NCBI GenBank assembly: GCA_040878585.1
Contig: JBBDLY010000306.1
Location: 1 to 24,141 of the forward strand
Direction: 5' to 3'
Origin: Pirellulales bacterium
Lineage (GTDB): Bacteria > Planctomycetota > Planctomycetia > Pirellulales > UBA7805
Length of the DNA: 24,141 bases
Below, piece by piece: positions 1 to 10,070 of this stretch (position 1 is the stretch's first letter; each line of letters opens with the position of its first letter). The position numbers and the translations under genes were made by a program. The notes beneath the pieces were generated by a model. It saw nothing but the letters and a program-made list of their open reading frames with translations, was not told the DNA's origin and made no database searches.

Positions 1-4
1 CGGC

Positions 5-2629
5 CTACTCGCTGGTCGCCAGCACGATTTGTTCGTCGCCGACTTGGCAATAGACGCGGAAGTGAATTTTGCCTTCCCCATTGAGCGCGTTGTAATGTTG
101 CTTGAGCAGATTGAACTGGTCGAGCGCCCGGTTGGCGATCACCTGTTGTTCCTGCAGGAACTTGACTTGCGGTTCCAGTGCTTTTTTCCGATTGGCGTCT
201 TTTACAGCTTTCATGGTAGTAATCTGTTGCGTCAACTTCGTATTGGCGTTGAGCACCTCGGTGGCCCGTCGTTCGGCAACGGTTTTGGAAAACGCCAGCG
301 GCTGCTGCTCGGAATCGACCTTGAAGAATGAAGCCAGTTCGAGCTGCAATCCGCGGCGCACGTCGGACCGCAACTGAAACTGCAACACGCGGTCGGCGTT
401 GGTTCCCAGGTTCAGTGCGGCGCGGCCGCCGTCGGCGGCGATCGTGGCGCCGGGATCCCAGGTGGCATCCGAAAATTCACCTTCCAGATTGGTGAACTCG
501 ATCATCACCGATTCCTTCTCCGGCAGCCAATCGAGATCGATATTAGTTCGCATCCGCGGTTTATCCAGATCGAGCGTGATTGGCGCCGCCTGTAACGGTT
601 CTCGCAGACGGAAGCGATGCGAAACGTCTTCCGATTGCAAGGAGACCGCACAATTACGCAAATAGTTGGCCGCGCGATTCTCCTGTGCTTGCAAAAGCCA
701 CTGAAAACTCAGGTCCCCTTCGGTTAAGCCCATTTCCGCCAGCGGCGTTTCCGATCCGTCGGGCTGCATCAGATAAATCTGCCATTTGCGCGCCGGCTCT
801 GCTTCGTCGCTGGTCCGCGCGGCAAACTGAAGGTTGCCCGGCGCGGCCGAGTCTCCTCCGAGCAGGCTAACATACAGATTCGCGTCCGCCGGCAGCTCGA
901 CCGAACCCAAAGCGACCGCTGGGGCGGGACTGACTTCGTCGGCCGAACCCACCTCCGGCAAGCTGACCGCCGCGGGGAAGTTCTTGAACGGCTCCACAGC
1001 TTTCGGCTGTTGCGGCTCCGGTTCGGGTTGTTCGTTCTCCGGGGGTGTGTCGGTTTCTTCCGGCGCTGGGTCGCCGTTGTCAGTAGGGGGATCGTCCACT
1101 TCCGGCTCGGCAGGGGGAGCGTCTGGATCCGGCTTAGGCATTGGGTCGGGTGCCGCTGGTTCTTCGTCTTTAGGATTCGCCGGTACTTCGGGCGGGGCTG
1201 GCTCGTCGGCCCCATTCGGGCCGCCTTCGCCGTCGGGCTTGCCTCCGCCGGCCAATTGTCCCGGTTCGGGAAATTCCTCGTCCAACGGGTTGTTATCCTC
1301 AGTGGCTCTTGCTGCGTCTGCCCCGGGCGGCTGATCTCCCATTGGCGCGTCGGCTGCCGATCCGTCGACCACCTCTGAGCGGTTATTTTGGGCCAACTCG
1401 GCGTCTTGGCCGGAAAGCAACATCACGGCGACGACGCCTATCAGCAGCAGCATCGCGGCCACGCCACTTGCCGCCGCGATCGCGATCTTCTGCTGTTTCG
1501 TGAGCGACTCGAAAAAAACGGGCTTGCGCGTCGGCTTGAGACGATCGACCGGCGACGTTCCCGTAGCCTCGATGCCGCTGACCGCGGCCACCGGCGGCTT
1601 GCGCCGAATGGTTGTCGCGCGACGTGTTTCCTCGAACTCGTTCAACCACTGGTCAAGTTCCACCGCGACCTCGTCCGCACTCTGGTAGCGGGCTTGCGGA
1701 TCCTTGGCCATCATCCGTTCGCAAACCTCGATCAGCGGCGGCGGCGTCTGAAGGGCCAACTGGCTGATCGGCGTGGCGACGGAAGTTTGGTGCGCCTCGA
1801 GTCGGGCGGCGACCGAGTCCGCCGCATACGGCGGACGCCCTGTCAGTAGGTGGTAAAACACGCATCCTAACGAGTAGACGTCGGAGCGGTGGTCGATCTT
1901 GCCACGGCCGGAGGCTTGTTCCGGCGAGATGTAGTCGACCAGTTCCAACGGAAGCTGCTCGATCTTACTGCCCGCCTCGCTCACCATCTCGGTGGGACGA
2001 GCGGCGTCGAGATTGAGAATCTTCACCACGCCTTCGTGATCCACCATCAGGTTGCCGGGATGAATCTGGCGATGGACGATGCCACGACCATGCGCATGCG
2101 CCAGCCCCAAGGCGGCCTGATACATGTAGGCGGCGCTGTTTTCCGGCGGAGGCTTGGCGCCGTCGCTGAGAATGTGCGCTAGATCGATTCCTTCGACAAA
2201 CTCCATCACCAGGTAGTATTTGTCGTTCTGATGATCGATGTCATATACGTGGACCAGATTGCGATGATCGAGTTGAGCAACCGCCCGCAATTCCCCACGA
2301 CTTGCCTGCGCCTCGGTAAGAATTTTGAGCACCACGCGGCGCTCCATCTGCGTATGCTCGGCCAGGTAGACGGGCGAGTTCAACTCCTTGCCAATCTGGT
2401 CGATGAGTTGGTATTTGCCCCATCGTAGCGATCGGCCCTTGAGAAACTGGCTCGCCGCCCAACGGGAGATGATTCCCGCCCGGATCAACTTGCGGGCGAT
2501 CGTTTCGGCTTCCTGCTCGTTGCCGATTTCCGCCTGGGCTTTCCGCAGCGCGGCCCCTTGTAGCAGGCTCAGCTTTTGGGCCTGCTCAAAAAATTGATCT
2601 GCCGACGTGTTGGTAGTAGACATAGGCAT
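5..2629 (-). CDS. Membrane-anchored Ser/Thr protein kinase-fold protein, probable pseudokinase
   Basis: Hanks-type fold motifs (VVLKIL, YYLVMEFVEG, YISPEQ, DHRSDVYSLG, RYQSA), one TM helix (IAIAAASGVAAMLLLIGVVAVMLL), a Pro/Asp/Glu-rich linker and a C-terminal domain. The ORF-track start at 2677 is TTG; ATG at 2629 (or 2623) is preferred. Stop TAG at 5-7. Confidence 0.85.
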   Translation of the reverse strand: MPMSTTNTSADQFFEQAQKLSLLQGAALRKAQAEIGNEQEAETIARKLIRAGIISRWAASQFLKGRSLRWGKYQLIDQIGKELNSPVYLAEHTQMERRVVLKILTEAQASRGELRAVAQLDHRNLVHVYDIDHQNDKYYLVMEFVEGIDLAHILSDGAKPPPENSAAYMYQAALGLAHAHGRGIVHRQIHPGNLMVDHEGVVKILNLDAARPTEMVSEAGSKIEQLPLELVDYISPEQASGRGKIDHRSDVYSLGCVFYHLLTGRPPYAADSVAARLEAHQTSVATPISQLALQTPPPLIEVCERMMAKDPQARYQSADEVAVELDQWLNEFEETRRATTIRRKPPVAAVSGIEATGTSPVDRLKPTRKPVFFESLTKQQKIAIAAASGVAAMLLLIGVVAVMLLSGQDAELAQNNRSEVVDGSAADAPMGDQPPGADAARATEDNNPLDEEFPEPGQLAGGGKPDGEGGPNGADEPAPPEVPANPKDEEPAAPDPMPKPDPDAPPAEPEVDDPPTDNGDPAPEETDTPPENEQPEPEPQQPKAVEPFKNFPAAVSLPEVGSADEVSPAPAVALGSVELPADANLYVSLLGGDSAAPGNLQFAARTSDEAEPARKWQIYLMQPDGSETPLAEMGLTEGDLSFQWLLQAQENRAANYLRNCAVSLQSEDVSHRFRLREPLQAAPITLDLDKPRMRTNIDLDWLPEKESVMIEFTNLEGEFSDATWDPGATIAADGGRAALNLGTNADRVLQFQLRSDVRRGLQLELASFFKVDSEQQPLAFSKTVAERRATEVLNANTKLTQQITTMKAVKDANRKKALEPQVKFLQEQQVIANRALDQFNLLKQHYNALNGEGKIHFRVYCQVGDEQIVLATSE
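1000..1340 (-). repeat. Low-complexity Pro/Glu/Asp-rich linker within the kinase-like CDS
   Basis: Translation such as PAPPEVPANPKDEEPAAPDPMPKPDPDAPPAEPEVDDPP...EQPEPEPQQP. Boundaries approximate. Confidence 0.7.
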
Positions 2630-2751
2630 TTTGCCCGAGCGGCAAATGGCCGCCGCATGAACCGACTTCAGTGTCAATTCGCTGCATCAATTTGATACTC
2701 GTCGAGACCGGCCGCGCACTGTTCGCGGGGATCGGTCGACTCCGTTCATTT

Positions 2752-2799
2752 ATTGTAACGAGCGGCTCGCATAATGCACGCAAATAACCAGCAAATAAC
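2752..2799 (-). promoter_or_regulatory. Putative promoter of the kinase-like gene: -10 TACAAT plus tandem direct-repeat site
   Basis: Minus-strand TACAAT at 2752-2757 with no good -35. GCAAATAAC occurs at 2780-2788 and 2791-2799 (11-bp period), abutting the expected -35 position. Confidence 0.35.
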
Positions 2800-2886
2800 T
2801 GGTTGGGCCATTTGTCCAAGTCCGCCCGTTTCGCCTGACCCGTACCCCTGGCGGCAACAGACACGGTTCAAGTGCTTCTGCAGCCC

Positions 2887-4275
2887 CTAGCGATCGACAC
2901 TTAGGTCCGCCGCGGGCAACTGCCGCTCAATGGCATCGTTTCGATACCCAAATCCGGTTGAGCCGATCGTGGAAAGTTCGACCACGCCGTTGCGCCGTCG
3001 ATAGAGGCCGCCGTGGACCTGGCACTCCGGCTCCGAGGCGTCCGGATAGAACTGCATCGCATTGCACTCGACCCCCATTATGGTGGATGCCGCGGCCGCC
3101 AGCCTCACGTGCGGGATCATGGCCAGCATGGGATTCGTGAGATCCTGGACCATCAACGGCATGCCATGGGCCTTCGCCCAGCAGAGGCTCAGTATCGCCC
3201 CCGACTGGGTCTTGCAGGTTTTTAGCGCCACACCGGACCATCCCAGTTCGCGTCCGAGTCGCACGTAAGACCAGTCGTGGGCGCTTTCGTCCAGGAACAA
3301 AGGCTTGCGGGCGGAGAGGCCGTGGACGTCGATGCGGTGGGCCGACAAATCGTAGGGAAACGGTTGCTCGACGTAAAGCAGCATGCCGTAGATCCGCGGC
3401 GCGTCGTCGCGCAATTGATCTAGTATCTCATTGACGTAACTTGGATCGGTGACCGTGCAGTTGAAGTCGGTCGACAGCCATTGTACTCCCTCTTCGACGC
3501 CCAGTCGCCCGACGCGCAGAATGCGATCGTAGTCCCACGCGCGGTCGTTGCCACGCAGCTTGATTTTGAGGCAGGTAAGCCCGTCGGAACGAATCCAGTC
3601 CCGCAGCAATACAGGAAAACCATCGCGGGGCGCGTCTGCGGATAGTTCCTTTTCGTCGAGCGGATCAAGTCCGCCCACTAGATGCCAACACGGCAGACGC
3701 GAGGGCGGGGGCTGGACGAGAAAATCGGCCGGGTAGAGGCCGCGAAAATCGACGTCGCAGCCGGCGGCCGGTTCGAGATACGCCGATAGATCCTGCTCAA
3801 AAAAGTCCTTGCTGTAGGTTTGATAGACGTCCAGCCCGTGCAGTTCGGCGAAGGCGTCGTGCAAGGCGATATCAAAGACGCTGCAAACGATCAGAGCCGC
3901 CAGCAGGGGTATCGGCTCGGGCAACTGCAATGACTCGGCTGTTTCGGCCATCACCGAGGGGAGGACTTCGCGCTGAAAGCGGTGGCCGATCTCCAGCGGG
4001 TGCCCGGTCGCCGCAAAGTCGTGCCAGGCGACCGCCAGTCGCCGACTGAGGTGCAATAAGGCTTCGTGCCTTTGCGTGTAGGGCAATCGACTGGGCCAGC
4101 CCCACTGCACCGACAACGGCGTCTCTCCCCAACCGGTCCCGCGTCGATACTGGCTATCTTCCACGGTCATCGCCACCCGCAGGCAGGTTACCGTGGTCAA
4201 CGTCTCGCTGCCGAACTTGAGCGGCACGCGGGTCTGCACCGGAAGCAGGTAGTTTTGGACGGCGAGGATTCTCAT
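2887..4275 (-). CDS. Enolase-superfamily enzyme (mandelate racemase/muconate lactonizing-like), substrate unknown
   Basis: GETPLS N-domain motif, DIALHD, KxK (LKIKL), metal-ligand pattern TDFN / VEQP / LDES, and LKTCK. ATG at 4275 (MRILAVQNY) is preferred; the extension to 4392 runs through a repeat element. Confidence 0.8.
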   Translation of the reverse strand: MRILAVQNYLLPVQTRVPLKFGSETLTTVTCLRVAMTVEDSQYRRGTGWGETPLSVQWGWPSRLPYTQRHEALLHLSRRLAVAWHDFAATGHPLEIGHRFQREVLPSVMAETAESLQLPEPIPLLAALIVCSVFDIALHDAFAELHGLDVYQTYSKDFFEQDLSAYLEPAAGCDVDFRGLYPADFLVQPPPSRLPCWHLVGGLDPLDEKELSADAPRDGFPVLLRDWIRSDGLTCLKIKLRGNDRAWDYDRILRVGRLGVEEGVQWLSTDFNCTVTDPSYVNEILDQLRDDAPRIYGMLLYVEQPFPYDLSAHRIDVHGLSARKPLFLDESAHDWSYVRLGRELGWSGVALKTCKTQSGAILSLCWAKAHGMPLMVQDLTNPMLAMIPHVRLAAAASTIMGVECNAMQFYPDASEPECQVHGGLYRRRNGVVELSTIGSTGFGYRNDAIERQLPAADLSVDR

Positions 4276-4322
4276 GAGAATGCAGGTTGGCGCGAGCTTC
4301 GGGGGGCATGCCGCCGGCTTGC

Positions 4323-4388
4323 TTGCCGAAGCTGGCAGCTTCGGCAACGATGACCGGCAGCTTCGGCAACGATGACCGGCAGTTTCGG
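4323..4388. repeat. REP-like palindrome with tandem 22-bp duplication
   Basis: TTGCCGAAGCTG (4323-4334), 1-nt spacer, CAGCTTCGGCAA (4336-4347) form a perfect 12-bp inverted repeat. GGCAGCTTCGGCAACGATGACC occurs at 4334-4355 and 4356-4377, with a partial third copy GGCAGTTTCGG at 4378-4388. Confidence 0.8.
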
Positions 4389-4477
4389 GCACGGGCGGTG
4401 TGGTTATAACTGGTGGAATGCGTGTTCATGGTACACGGCCCGACGCGGGTTGCAAGCGTCACTACCTTCATACAGCA

Positions 4478-4506
4478 TTGGCAGTACGATTGAGTTGCGA
4501 TATCAT
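4478..4506 (+). promoter_or_regulatory. Putative sigma70-type promoter of the mrp operon
   Basis: TTGGCA (4478-4483), N17, TATCAT (4501-4506); 5/6 match to each consensus hexamer, about 50 bp upstream of the GTG at 4559. Confidence 0.55.
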
Positions 4507-4558
4507 CGGGCATACTCAATTTTGCCCACCCGACGAACTCGCAGCCGAGAGCCACTCC

Positions 4559-6877
4559 GTGCTTCAGGTGATCCTCGCATTTTTTGGCCTCGGCCGCACC
4601 GATGCGCGTTCGCGCAAGCAGTTCCGGCTGGTGCTGCGATGGCTGGCGCCGTTGATTGCGCTGGGACTGTTTATTTACTTTGCCCGGTTTGTTCCCCTGG
4701 TGGCCGCCGGGGAACGATTCGTGGTACCGTTGCCCTGGGAGGCGACCGTCGGCGGGGTCGCGGTCTCGCTCGATCTGCTGATTGATGGACTGTCTTTGTT
4801 ATTCGCCCTGATCGTCTCCGGGATCGGCTGCCTGGTATTTCTATATGCTGGCAGCTACATGGGGGACGACGAACGTACTTCGCGGCTATTTCTCTGGTTG
4901 CTGGCGTTCATGGCCTCCATGTTGGGATTGGTGCTGTCCAGCAACCTGTTCGGCATGTTCCTGTTCTGGGAACTCACCGGCATCACCTCCTACATGCTCA
5001 TCGGATTCAATCAAGACGAGGAAAGCTCGCGCGCCTCGGCGCTGCAAGCGCTGCTAGTGACCGGCGTGGGCGGTTTAGCATTGTTGGCCGGTTTCACCAT
5101 GCTGGCGGTAATCGGCGGTGGCTCCGACGTGGTGGACCTACGGCAATCGACGGCGGCGATTGCCGCCTCGCCGCTGTACATTCCGATGATCGCCTTGATC
5201 CTGCTCGGCGCTTTCACCAAGAGCGCCCAGTTCCCGTTTCATTTCTGGTTGCCTGGGGCGATGGCCGCACCCACGCCGGTGAGCGCCTATCTGCATTCGG
5301 CGACCATGGTCAAGGCCGGCATCTTTCTTGTCGCCCGCCTGACTCCCGTCACAGGCGACACGACCGTCTGGATTGCGACCATTACCCTCGTCGGCACGGC
5401 CACCGCCCTGGTCGGCGGCTGGCTTGCCTGGCAGCAGAGCGATTTGAAACGGATCCTCGCCTACTCGACCGTCAGCGCCTTGGGTATGATCATGGCGCTG
5501 CTGGGCGTCGGCTCGCCCCTTGCGGTCAAGGGAGCACTCACGTTCCTGCTGGCCCACGCCTTGTATAAGGGCGCGTTGTTCATGGTTGCCGGCAGCGTCG
5601 ACCATGGCAGCCACACTCGCGACATCAACGAACTTGCCGGATTGCTCAAGAAGATGCCGTGGACGTTCGCCGCCGCCGCAATGGCCGCGGTGTCGCTCGC
5701 CGGATTGCCTCCAACAATGGGTTTTCTTGGCAAGGAAGTTGATTTCGAGGCCGCGCTGGAAAGCGAGTATGCCCTATGGCTGACCTCCGCCTTGATGGCG
5801 GCCAGCTTCGGCTTTGTCGTGGTGGCGTCGTTGGTGGCGATTAGGCCGTTCTTCGGCGCCGCGACTGCCGCGGCGGAAGACGCCCACGAATCGCCCCCGA
5901 CGATGCTGGCGGGGCCGCTTCTATTGAGCATCGCGGGACTCTGTCTGGCGTTCTATGCGGGTTGGTTCGGAGAAACATTTATTTCCGCCGCGATGAGCGA
6001 GACGCTCGGCACGCCGCACGTCGCCAAGTTGGCGCTGTGGCACGGCGTGAACACGCCGTTGTTGCTTAGCGCCGGCTCATTCGCGGTCGGACTGGTGCTC
6101 TACGCGATGCGCGATCGGCTGTTGTCGGCGGCCGCCCCCTTCGGAGTGCTCGCCGCGATCGGCCCCGCAGCCGTTTATCGGGGGTTGCTCGCCGGGCTGA
6201 AATGGTTTGCCAACGCGCAAACCCGAGTGATTCAGAACGGTCGGTTGAGCATCTATATTCTTTGCACCGGCATAACATTAATCACGCTGTTGGCCGCCTC
6301 GTGGTGGTTCCGCGTCGGTACGATCGAAACGGCCGATGGTCCGCGAGTGAAACTCTACGAGCTGATGATTTGTGGCATGATGCTGGCCGCGGCAATTTTT
6401 GTTACCAAGACAGGTTCCCGACTGGCGGCCATCTGCCTGCTTGGTTCGGTCGGCTACGGCATCTCGATCTTGTTTCTGCTGTTCGCGGCGCCCGATCTGG
6501 CCATGACTCAATTGGCCATTGAAACCTTGACCGTCATCTTGTTCGTCTTCGTGCTGTACCGCTTACCGCGTTTCAAGCGATACACCTCCACCCTCGTGAG
6601 GGCGCGGGACGGCTTGATCGCGATCGGGTTCGGCACGATCATGGCGGTGCTGGCGTTCAGCGTGGCCGAACACGCCATCGACCCGTCCGAGAAGGAACTG
6701 ACGGACGGCATTAATCGGATGGCCTATCCCGAGGGGCGCGGTCGCAACGAAGTAAACGTGATTCTGGTTGACTTTCGCGCGCTCGATACGCTTGGCGAAA
6801 TCACCGTGCTCTCAATCGCCGCCATTGGCATTCTCGCGCTGTTGCGGCTGCGATTGGGAGAGGAGCGCGAAGCATGA
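4559..6877 (+). CDS. mrpA: Na+(cation)/H+ antiporter subunit A (MrpA/MnhA)
   Basis: NuoL/MrpA motifs [49 protein letters not shown] and [10 protein letters not shown]; C-terminal APDLAMTQ and [10 protein letters not shown]. In-frame GTG at 4559 is preferred over 4400 because it lies downstream of the promoter; start uncertain. Confidence 0.93.
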   Translation: MLQVILAFFGLGRTDARSRKQFRLVLRWLAPLIALGLFIYFARFVPLVAAGERFVVPLPWEATVGGVAVSLDLLIDGLSLLFALIVSGIGCLVFLYAGSYMGDDERTSRLFLWLLAFMASMLGLVLSSNLFGMFLFWELTGITSYMLIGFNQDEESSRASALQALLVTGVGGLALLAGFTMLAVIGGGSDVVDLRQSTAAIAASPLYIPMIALILLGAFTKSAQFPFHFWLPGAMAAPTPVSAYLHSATMVKAGIFLVARLTPVTGDTTVWIATITLVGTATALVGGWLAWQQSDLKRILAYSTVSALGMIMALLGVGSPLAVKGALTFLLAHALYKGALFMVAGSVDHGSHTRDINELAGLLKKMPWTFAAAAMAAVSLAGLPPTMGFLGKEVDFEAALESEYALWLTSALMAASFGFVVVASLVAIRPFFGAATAAAEDAHESPPTMLAGPLLLSIAGLCLAFYAGWFGETFISAAMSETLGTPHVAKLALWHGVNTPLLLSAGSFAVGLVLYAMRDRLLSAAAPFGVLAAIGPAAVYRGLLAGLKWFANAQTRVIQNGRLSIYILCTGITLITLLAASWWFRVGTIETADGPRVKLYELMICGMMLAAAIFVTKTGSRLAAICLLGSVGYGISILFLLFAAPDLAMTQLAIETLTVILFVFVLYRLPRFKRYTSTLVRARDGLIAIGFGTIMAVLAFSVAEHAIDPSEKELTDGINRMAYPEGRGRNEVNVILVDFRALDTLGEITVLSIAAIGILALLRLRLGEEREA

Positions 6878-7281
6878 ATTCCTTGATACTTTCCACAGCG
6901 GCACGACTGCTACTGCCGCTGCTGTTGATTTTCTCGGTGTTTCTCCTGCTCCGCGGCCACTACGAACCGGGGGGCGGCTTCGTGGGCGGTTTGACCGCCG
7001 CGGCGGCGTTCCTGTTGTGCCTGTTCGCCTTCGGCCTGCCCGAGGCGCGGCGCATCCTGTGGATTTCCCCGCTCTCCTGGATCGCCGCCGGTCTGACGTT
7101 GGCGCTGACCGCCGGCCTATTGCCGATGCTGTTTCGCAAGCCATTCCTGACCGGCCTGTGGCCGGAATGGGACTTGCCCATCGTGGGCAATCTCGGCAGA
7201 CCGTTGCTATTCGATATGGGCGTCTACGCCGTCGTCGTGGGTGTCGTTACGCTGATTGTTTTTGAATTGGCGGAGGAATGA
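6874..7281 (+). CDS. mrpB: Na+/H+ antiporter subunit B (MrpB)
   Basis: [16 protein letters not shown] and [13 protein letters not shown] motifs; ATGA overlap with the mrpA stop. Confidence 0.92.
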   Translation: MNSLILSTAARLLLPLLLIFSVFLLLRGHYEPGGGFVGGLTAAAAFLLCLFAFGLPEARRILWISPLSWIAAGLTLALTAGLLPMLFRKPFLTGLWPEWDLPIVGNLGRPLLFDMGVYAVVVGVVTLIVFELAEE

Positions 7282-7282
7282 G

Positions 7283-7714
7283 ATGGAACTTCCTATCAGT
7301 CTCTCCTTGGTCATGGCCGTTACCATTGGCGGATTGTTCGCCTGTGGACTGTACATGGTGTTGCGCCGCAGCGTGGTCAAGCTGATCATCGGCCTCGCAT
7401 TGTTCACGCATGCCACCAACTTGTTGATTTTCAATTCCGGCGGACTGACTCGCGGTAGGCCGCCCTTGATTCCCGCGGACGCGACCAGCATCGAGCCGCC
7501 GTTCGCCGATCCGATCCCGCAAGCGCTGATTCTCACGGCGATCGTAATCGCCTTTGGCCTGCAAGCCTTTGCCTTGGTTCTGTTGAAACGGACCTATCAG
7601 TTGCTCAAGACCGAGGATTTGGACGAGCTGAACGTTACCGATCGGTTGGCGCCGCATCTATCCAAGCCTTCCGATCAGCCGGCAGCAATCTCCGGCGGGG
7701 AGAGCGAACCGTAA
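7283..7714 (+). CDS. mrpC: Na+/H+ antiporter subunit C (MrpC)
   Basis: [18 protein letters not shown] motif; ATG at 7283, 1 nt after the mrpB stop, preceded by GGAGG. Confidence 0.92.
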   Translation: MELPISLSLVMAVTIGGLFACGLYMVLRRSVVKLIIGLALFTHATNLLIFNSGGLTRGRPPLIPADATSIEPPFADPIPQALILTAIVIAFGLQAFALVLLKRTYQLLKTEDLDELNVTDRLAPHLSKPSDQPAAISGGESEP

Positions 7715-9243
7715 TGGAATGGCTGCCGATATTGCCGATCTTGATACCGCTGGCGACCGCAGTCGGTTGCTTGTTGGCCTGGGGGCGCGTCGGCGCTCAG
7801 CAAACGATCAGCCTGGCCGGATCGCTCTTGCTGTTTGCCGCTTCGGTGTTGCTGCTGCTGGTGGTCGACCGAGACGGTATTCAAGTGCTCGGGGTGGGAG
7901 ACTGGCGTCCGCCGTTTGGAATCGTGCTGGTCATCGATCGCCTAAGCGCACTGATGGTCTTGCTGGCTGGCGTGCTGGCGCCCTGCATAGTGACCTACGC
8001 CGTGGTCGCCATCGACGACAGGCGACAGCATTTCGGCTTTCATGTGCTGCTGCAAACGCTGTTTCTGGGTGTTTGCGGCGCATTCACCACGGGCGATCTG
8101 TTCAATTTGTATGTCTGGTTCGAGGTGCTGCTGATCTCGTCGTTCGTGCTGGTCGCCCTCGGCGGCGAACGGGCGCAATTGGAAGGCGCCATCAAATACG
8201 TGACGCTCAACTTGCTCTCTTCGATTACATTTCTGGCTGCCGTCGGCATTATCTATGCCGTGACCGGCACGCTGACCATGGCCGACATCGCCCGCTCGAT
8301 TACCGCCGGATCGCCGCAACCGATGGCCACCGTCGCCGCCAGCATGTTGCTGGTCGCCTTCGGGATTAAAGCGGCCGTATTTCCGGTTTTTTACTGGCTG
8401 CCGGCTTCGTATCATACGCCGCCGATCGCGGTCGGGGCCGTGATGGCCGGCCTGATGACCAAGGTTGGCGTCTACTCCCTGGTCCGCGTGTACACCTTGA
8501 TCTTCTCGCACGAACAACCGTACGCCGGTCCGCTGCTCGCCTGGTGCGCGGCACTGACCATGATCGTCGGCGTGCTGGGGGCGGCCGCGCAGGGAGACAT
8601 CCGCCGTATTCTGGCGTTTCACAGCATCAGCCAAGTAGGCTACATGATTCTTGGCCTGGCGATCTTTACTCCGCTGGCGCTCGCCGGCACGATGGTCTAC
8701 ATCGTCCATCACGGGCTGGTGAAGACCAACTTGTTTCTCATCGCCGGTCTGATTCATCGCGTCGGCGGCAGCTATCAGCTCAATCGGCTGGGTGGGTTGT
8801 ATACGAGCTTTCCGGGGCTGGGATTGTTGTTTCTAGTGGTTGCCATGTCGCTGGCCGGAATACCGCCGTTGAGTGGCTTCTGGGCTAAGTTGGCACTGGT
8901 CATTGCCTCCGTCGAGACGCACCATTGGTGGCTGCTCGCCTCCGCCTTGGGCGTGAGCTTGCTGACACTGTTCTCGATGGTCAAGATCTGGGCGGAAGCA
9001 TTCTGGAAGCCCATGCCCCAGATGACGCCGGCCGACAACGAGTTTCCCGAGGCGTATGACGATGAACCGGATATTCCTCCCACCAGGGTCTCCTGGCTGG
9101 CGATGACGCTCCCTTGCGTGGTGTTGGCGGCGGCGATGATCGCCGTCGGCGTATTCGCCGGACCGGTGTTTGAGTTTGCCGAGCGGGCGGCCGAGGAACT
9201 GTTAAATCCGCAAGTCTATATCGAGGCGGTCTTTCCCGTATGA
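7714..9243 (+). CDS. mrpD: Na+/H+ antiporter subunit D (MrpD)
   Basis: [37 protein letters not shown] and [14 protein letters not shown] motifs; TAATG overlap with mrpC. Confidence 0.93.
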   Translation: MEWLPILPILIPLATAVGCLLAWGRVGAQQTISLAGSLLLFAASVLLLLVVDRDGIQVLGVGDWRPPFGIVLVIDRLSALMVLLAGVLAPCIVTYAVVAIDDRRQHFGFHVLLQTLFLGVCGAFTTGDLFNLYVWFEVLLISSFVLVALGGERAQLEGAIKYVTLNLLSSITFLAAVGIIYAVTGTLTMADIARSITAGSPQPMATVAASMLLVAFGIKAAVFPVFYWLPASYHTPPIAVGAVMAGLMTKVGVYSLVRVYTLIFSHEQPYAGPLLAWCAALTMIVGVLGAAAQGDIRRILAFHSISQVGYMILGLAIFTPLALAGTMVYIVHHGLVKTNLFLIAGLIHRVGGSYQLNRLGGLYTSFPGLGLLFLVVAMSLAGIPPLSGFWAKLALVIASVETHHWWLLASALGVSLLTLFSMVKIWAEAFWKPMPQMTPADNEFPEAYDDEPDIPPTRVSWLAMTLPCVVLAAAMIAVGVFAGPVFEFAERAAEELLNPQVYIEAVFPV

Positions 9244-10070
9244 ACCCAACACACGACTATTTGCAACTGGCGGAAAAGACGATCGTCGTGTTTGGCGTTG
9301 CCAACCGTAAGAGCGTCGCCTGGCATGTCGCCATGCAACTGGAGCAGGTCGGCGCAACGGTGCTGTATGTTGTTCGCAACGCGCAGCGGAGGCAATCGAC
9401 CGCCAAGTTGCTCGCCGGCCGCGAGGTATTCGAGTGCGACGTCGAGCACGAGGATCAAATCGCGCGGGTGCGCGACGAAATCGCACAACGGCATCCGGTC
9501 GTCCACGGCCTGGTCCATTCGATCGCCTTCGCCGAATATGAGGGTGGCGTGAAGCCGTTTCACGAGACTCTCAAGCGAGAGTTTCTTCGCGCGGTCGATA
9601 TATCCTGCTACTCGCTATTGGCGATTAGCAATGCATTTCAGGGATTGCTCGACAAGCAAGCCTCGGTGGTGACGATCTCTATCTCAACCACGCGGATGGC
9701 GAGCGAGAACTACGGCTATATGGCGCCAGTCAAGGCGGCGCTCGATTCGTCGCTGGCCTTTCTCACCAAGTCGTTCAGCAATTTCTCCGAAGTGCGCTTC
9801 AACGCCGTTGCTCCCAGCTTGCTGAAAACGTCCGCCTCGGCCGGAATTCCAGGCTACGTCGACTCGTATCTGCATGCTGAGAAAGTCATTCCCCGCAAAC
9901 GGGCAGTGCAAACCGAGGAGGCCGCCAGTACGGCCGTGTTCCTGCTCAGTCCGCGATCCAGCGGCATCACGGCGCAAAGCATTGTGGTCGACGCCGGGAT
10001 GTCGATCAACTATTTTGATCGGGACGTGATAGGCGATTCGTCCGTCCGTGGAGAGTCGTCGGCGGACTAG
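9240..10070 (+). CDS. fabI: Enoyl-ACP reductase FabI-like SDR
   Basis: [13 protein letters not shown]-binding loop, VHSIAFA, DISCYSL, catalytic Y-x6-K (YGYMAPVK), and VDAG near the C-terminus. ATGA overlap with mrpD. Family is clear; orthology to the housekeeping fabI is not. Confidence 0.75.
   Translation: MNPTHDYLQLAEKTIVVFGVANRKSVAWHVAMQLEQVGATVLYVVRNAQRRQSTAKLLAGREVFECDVEHEDQIARVRDEIAQRHPVVHGLVHSIAFAEYEGGVKPFHETLKREFLRAVDISCYSLLAISNAFQGLLDKQASVVTISISTTRMASENYGYMAPVKAALDSSLAFLTKSFSNFSEVRFNAVAPSLLKTSASAGIPGYVDSYLHAEKVIPRKRAVQTEEAASTAVFLLSPRSSGITAQSIVVDAGMSINYFDRDVIGDSSVRGESSAD

Noticed and set aside
2586-2864. 92-aa ORF between the enolase-like and kinase-like genes
   Set aside because: Overlaps the kinase start and putative promoter; no protein-like features.
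4334-4388. 22-bp repeats as a CRISPR array
   Set aside because: The units are contiguous with no spacers, there are only 2.5 copies, and no cas genes are present.
4276-4558. ORF-track N-terminal extensions of the enolase-like gene (to 4392) and mrpA (from 4400)
   Set aside because: They run through the repeat and the promoter, give non-family sequence, and would leave almost no intergenic space.
4575-4645. Possible compensating frameshifts at the mrpA N-terminus (T6 run; unusually charged [12 protein letters not shown]; alternative frame [17 protein letters not shown])
   Set aside because: The main frame is open and MrpA N-termini vary. It cannot be supported without alignment or reads.
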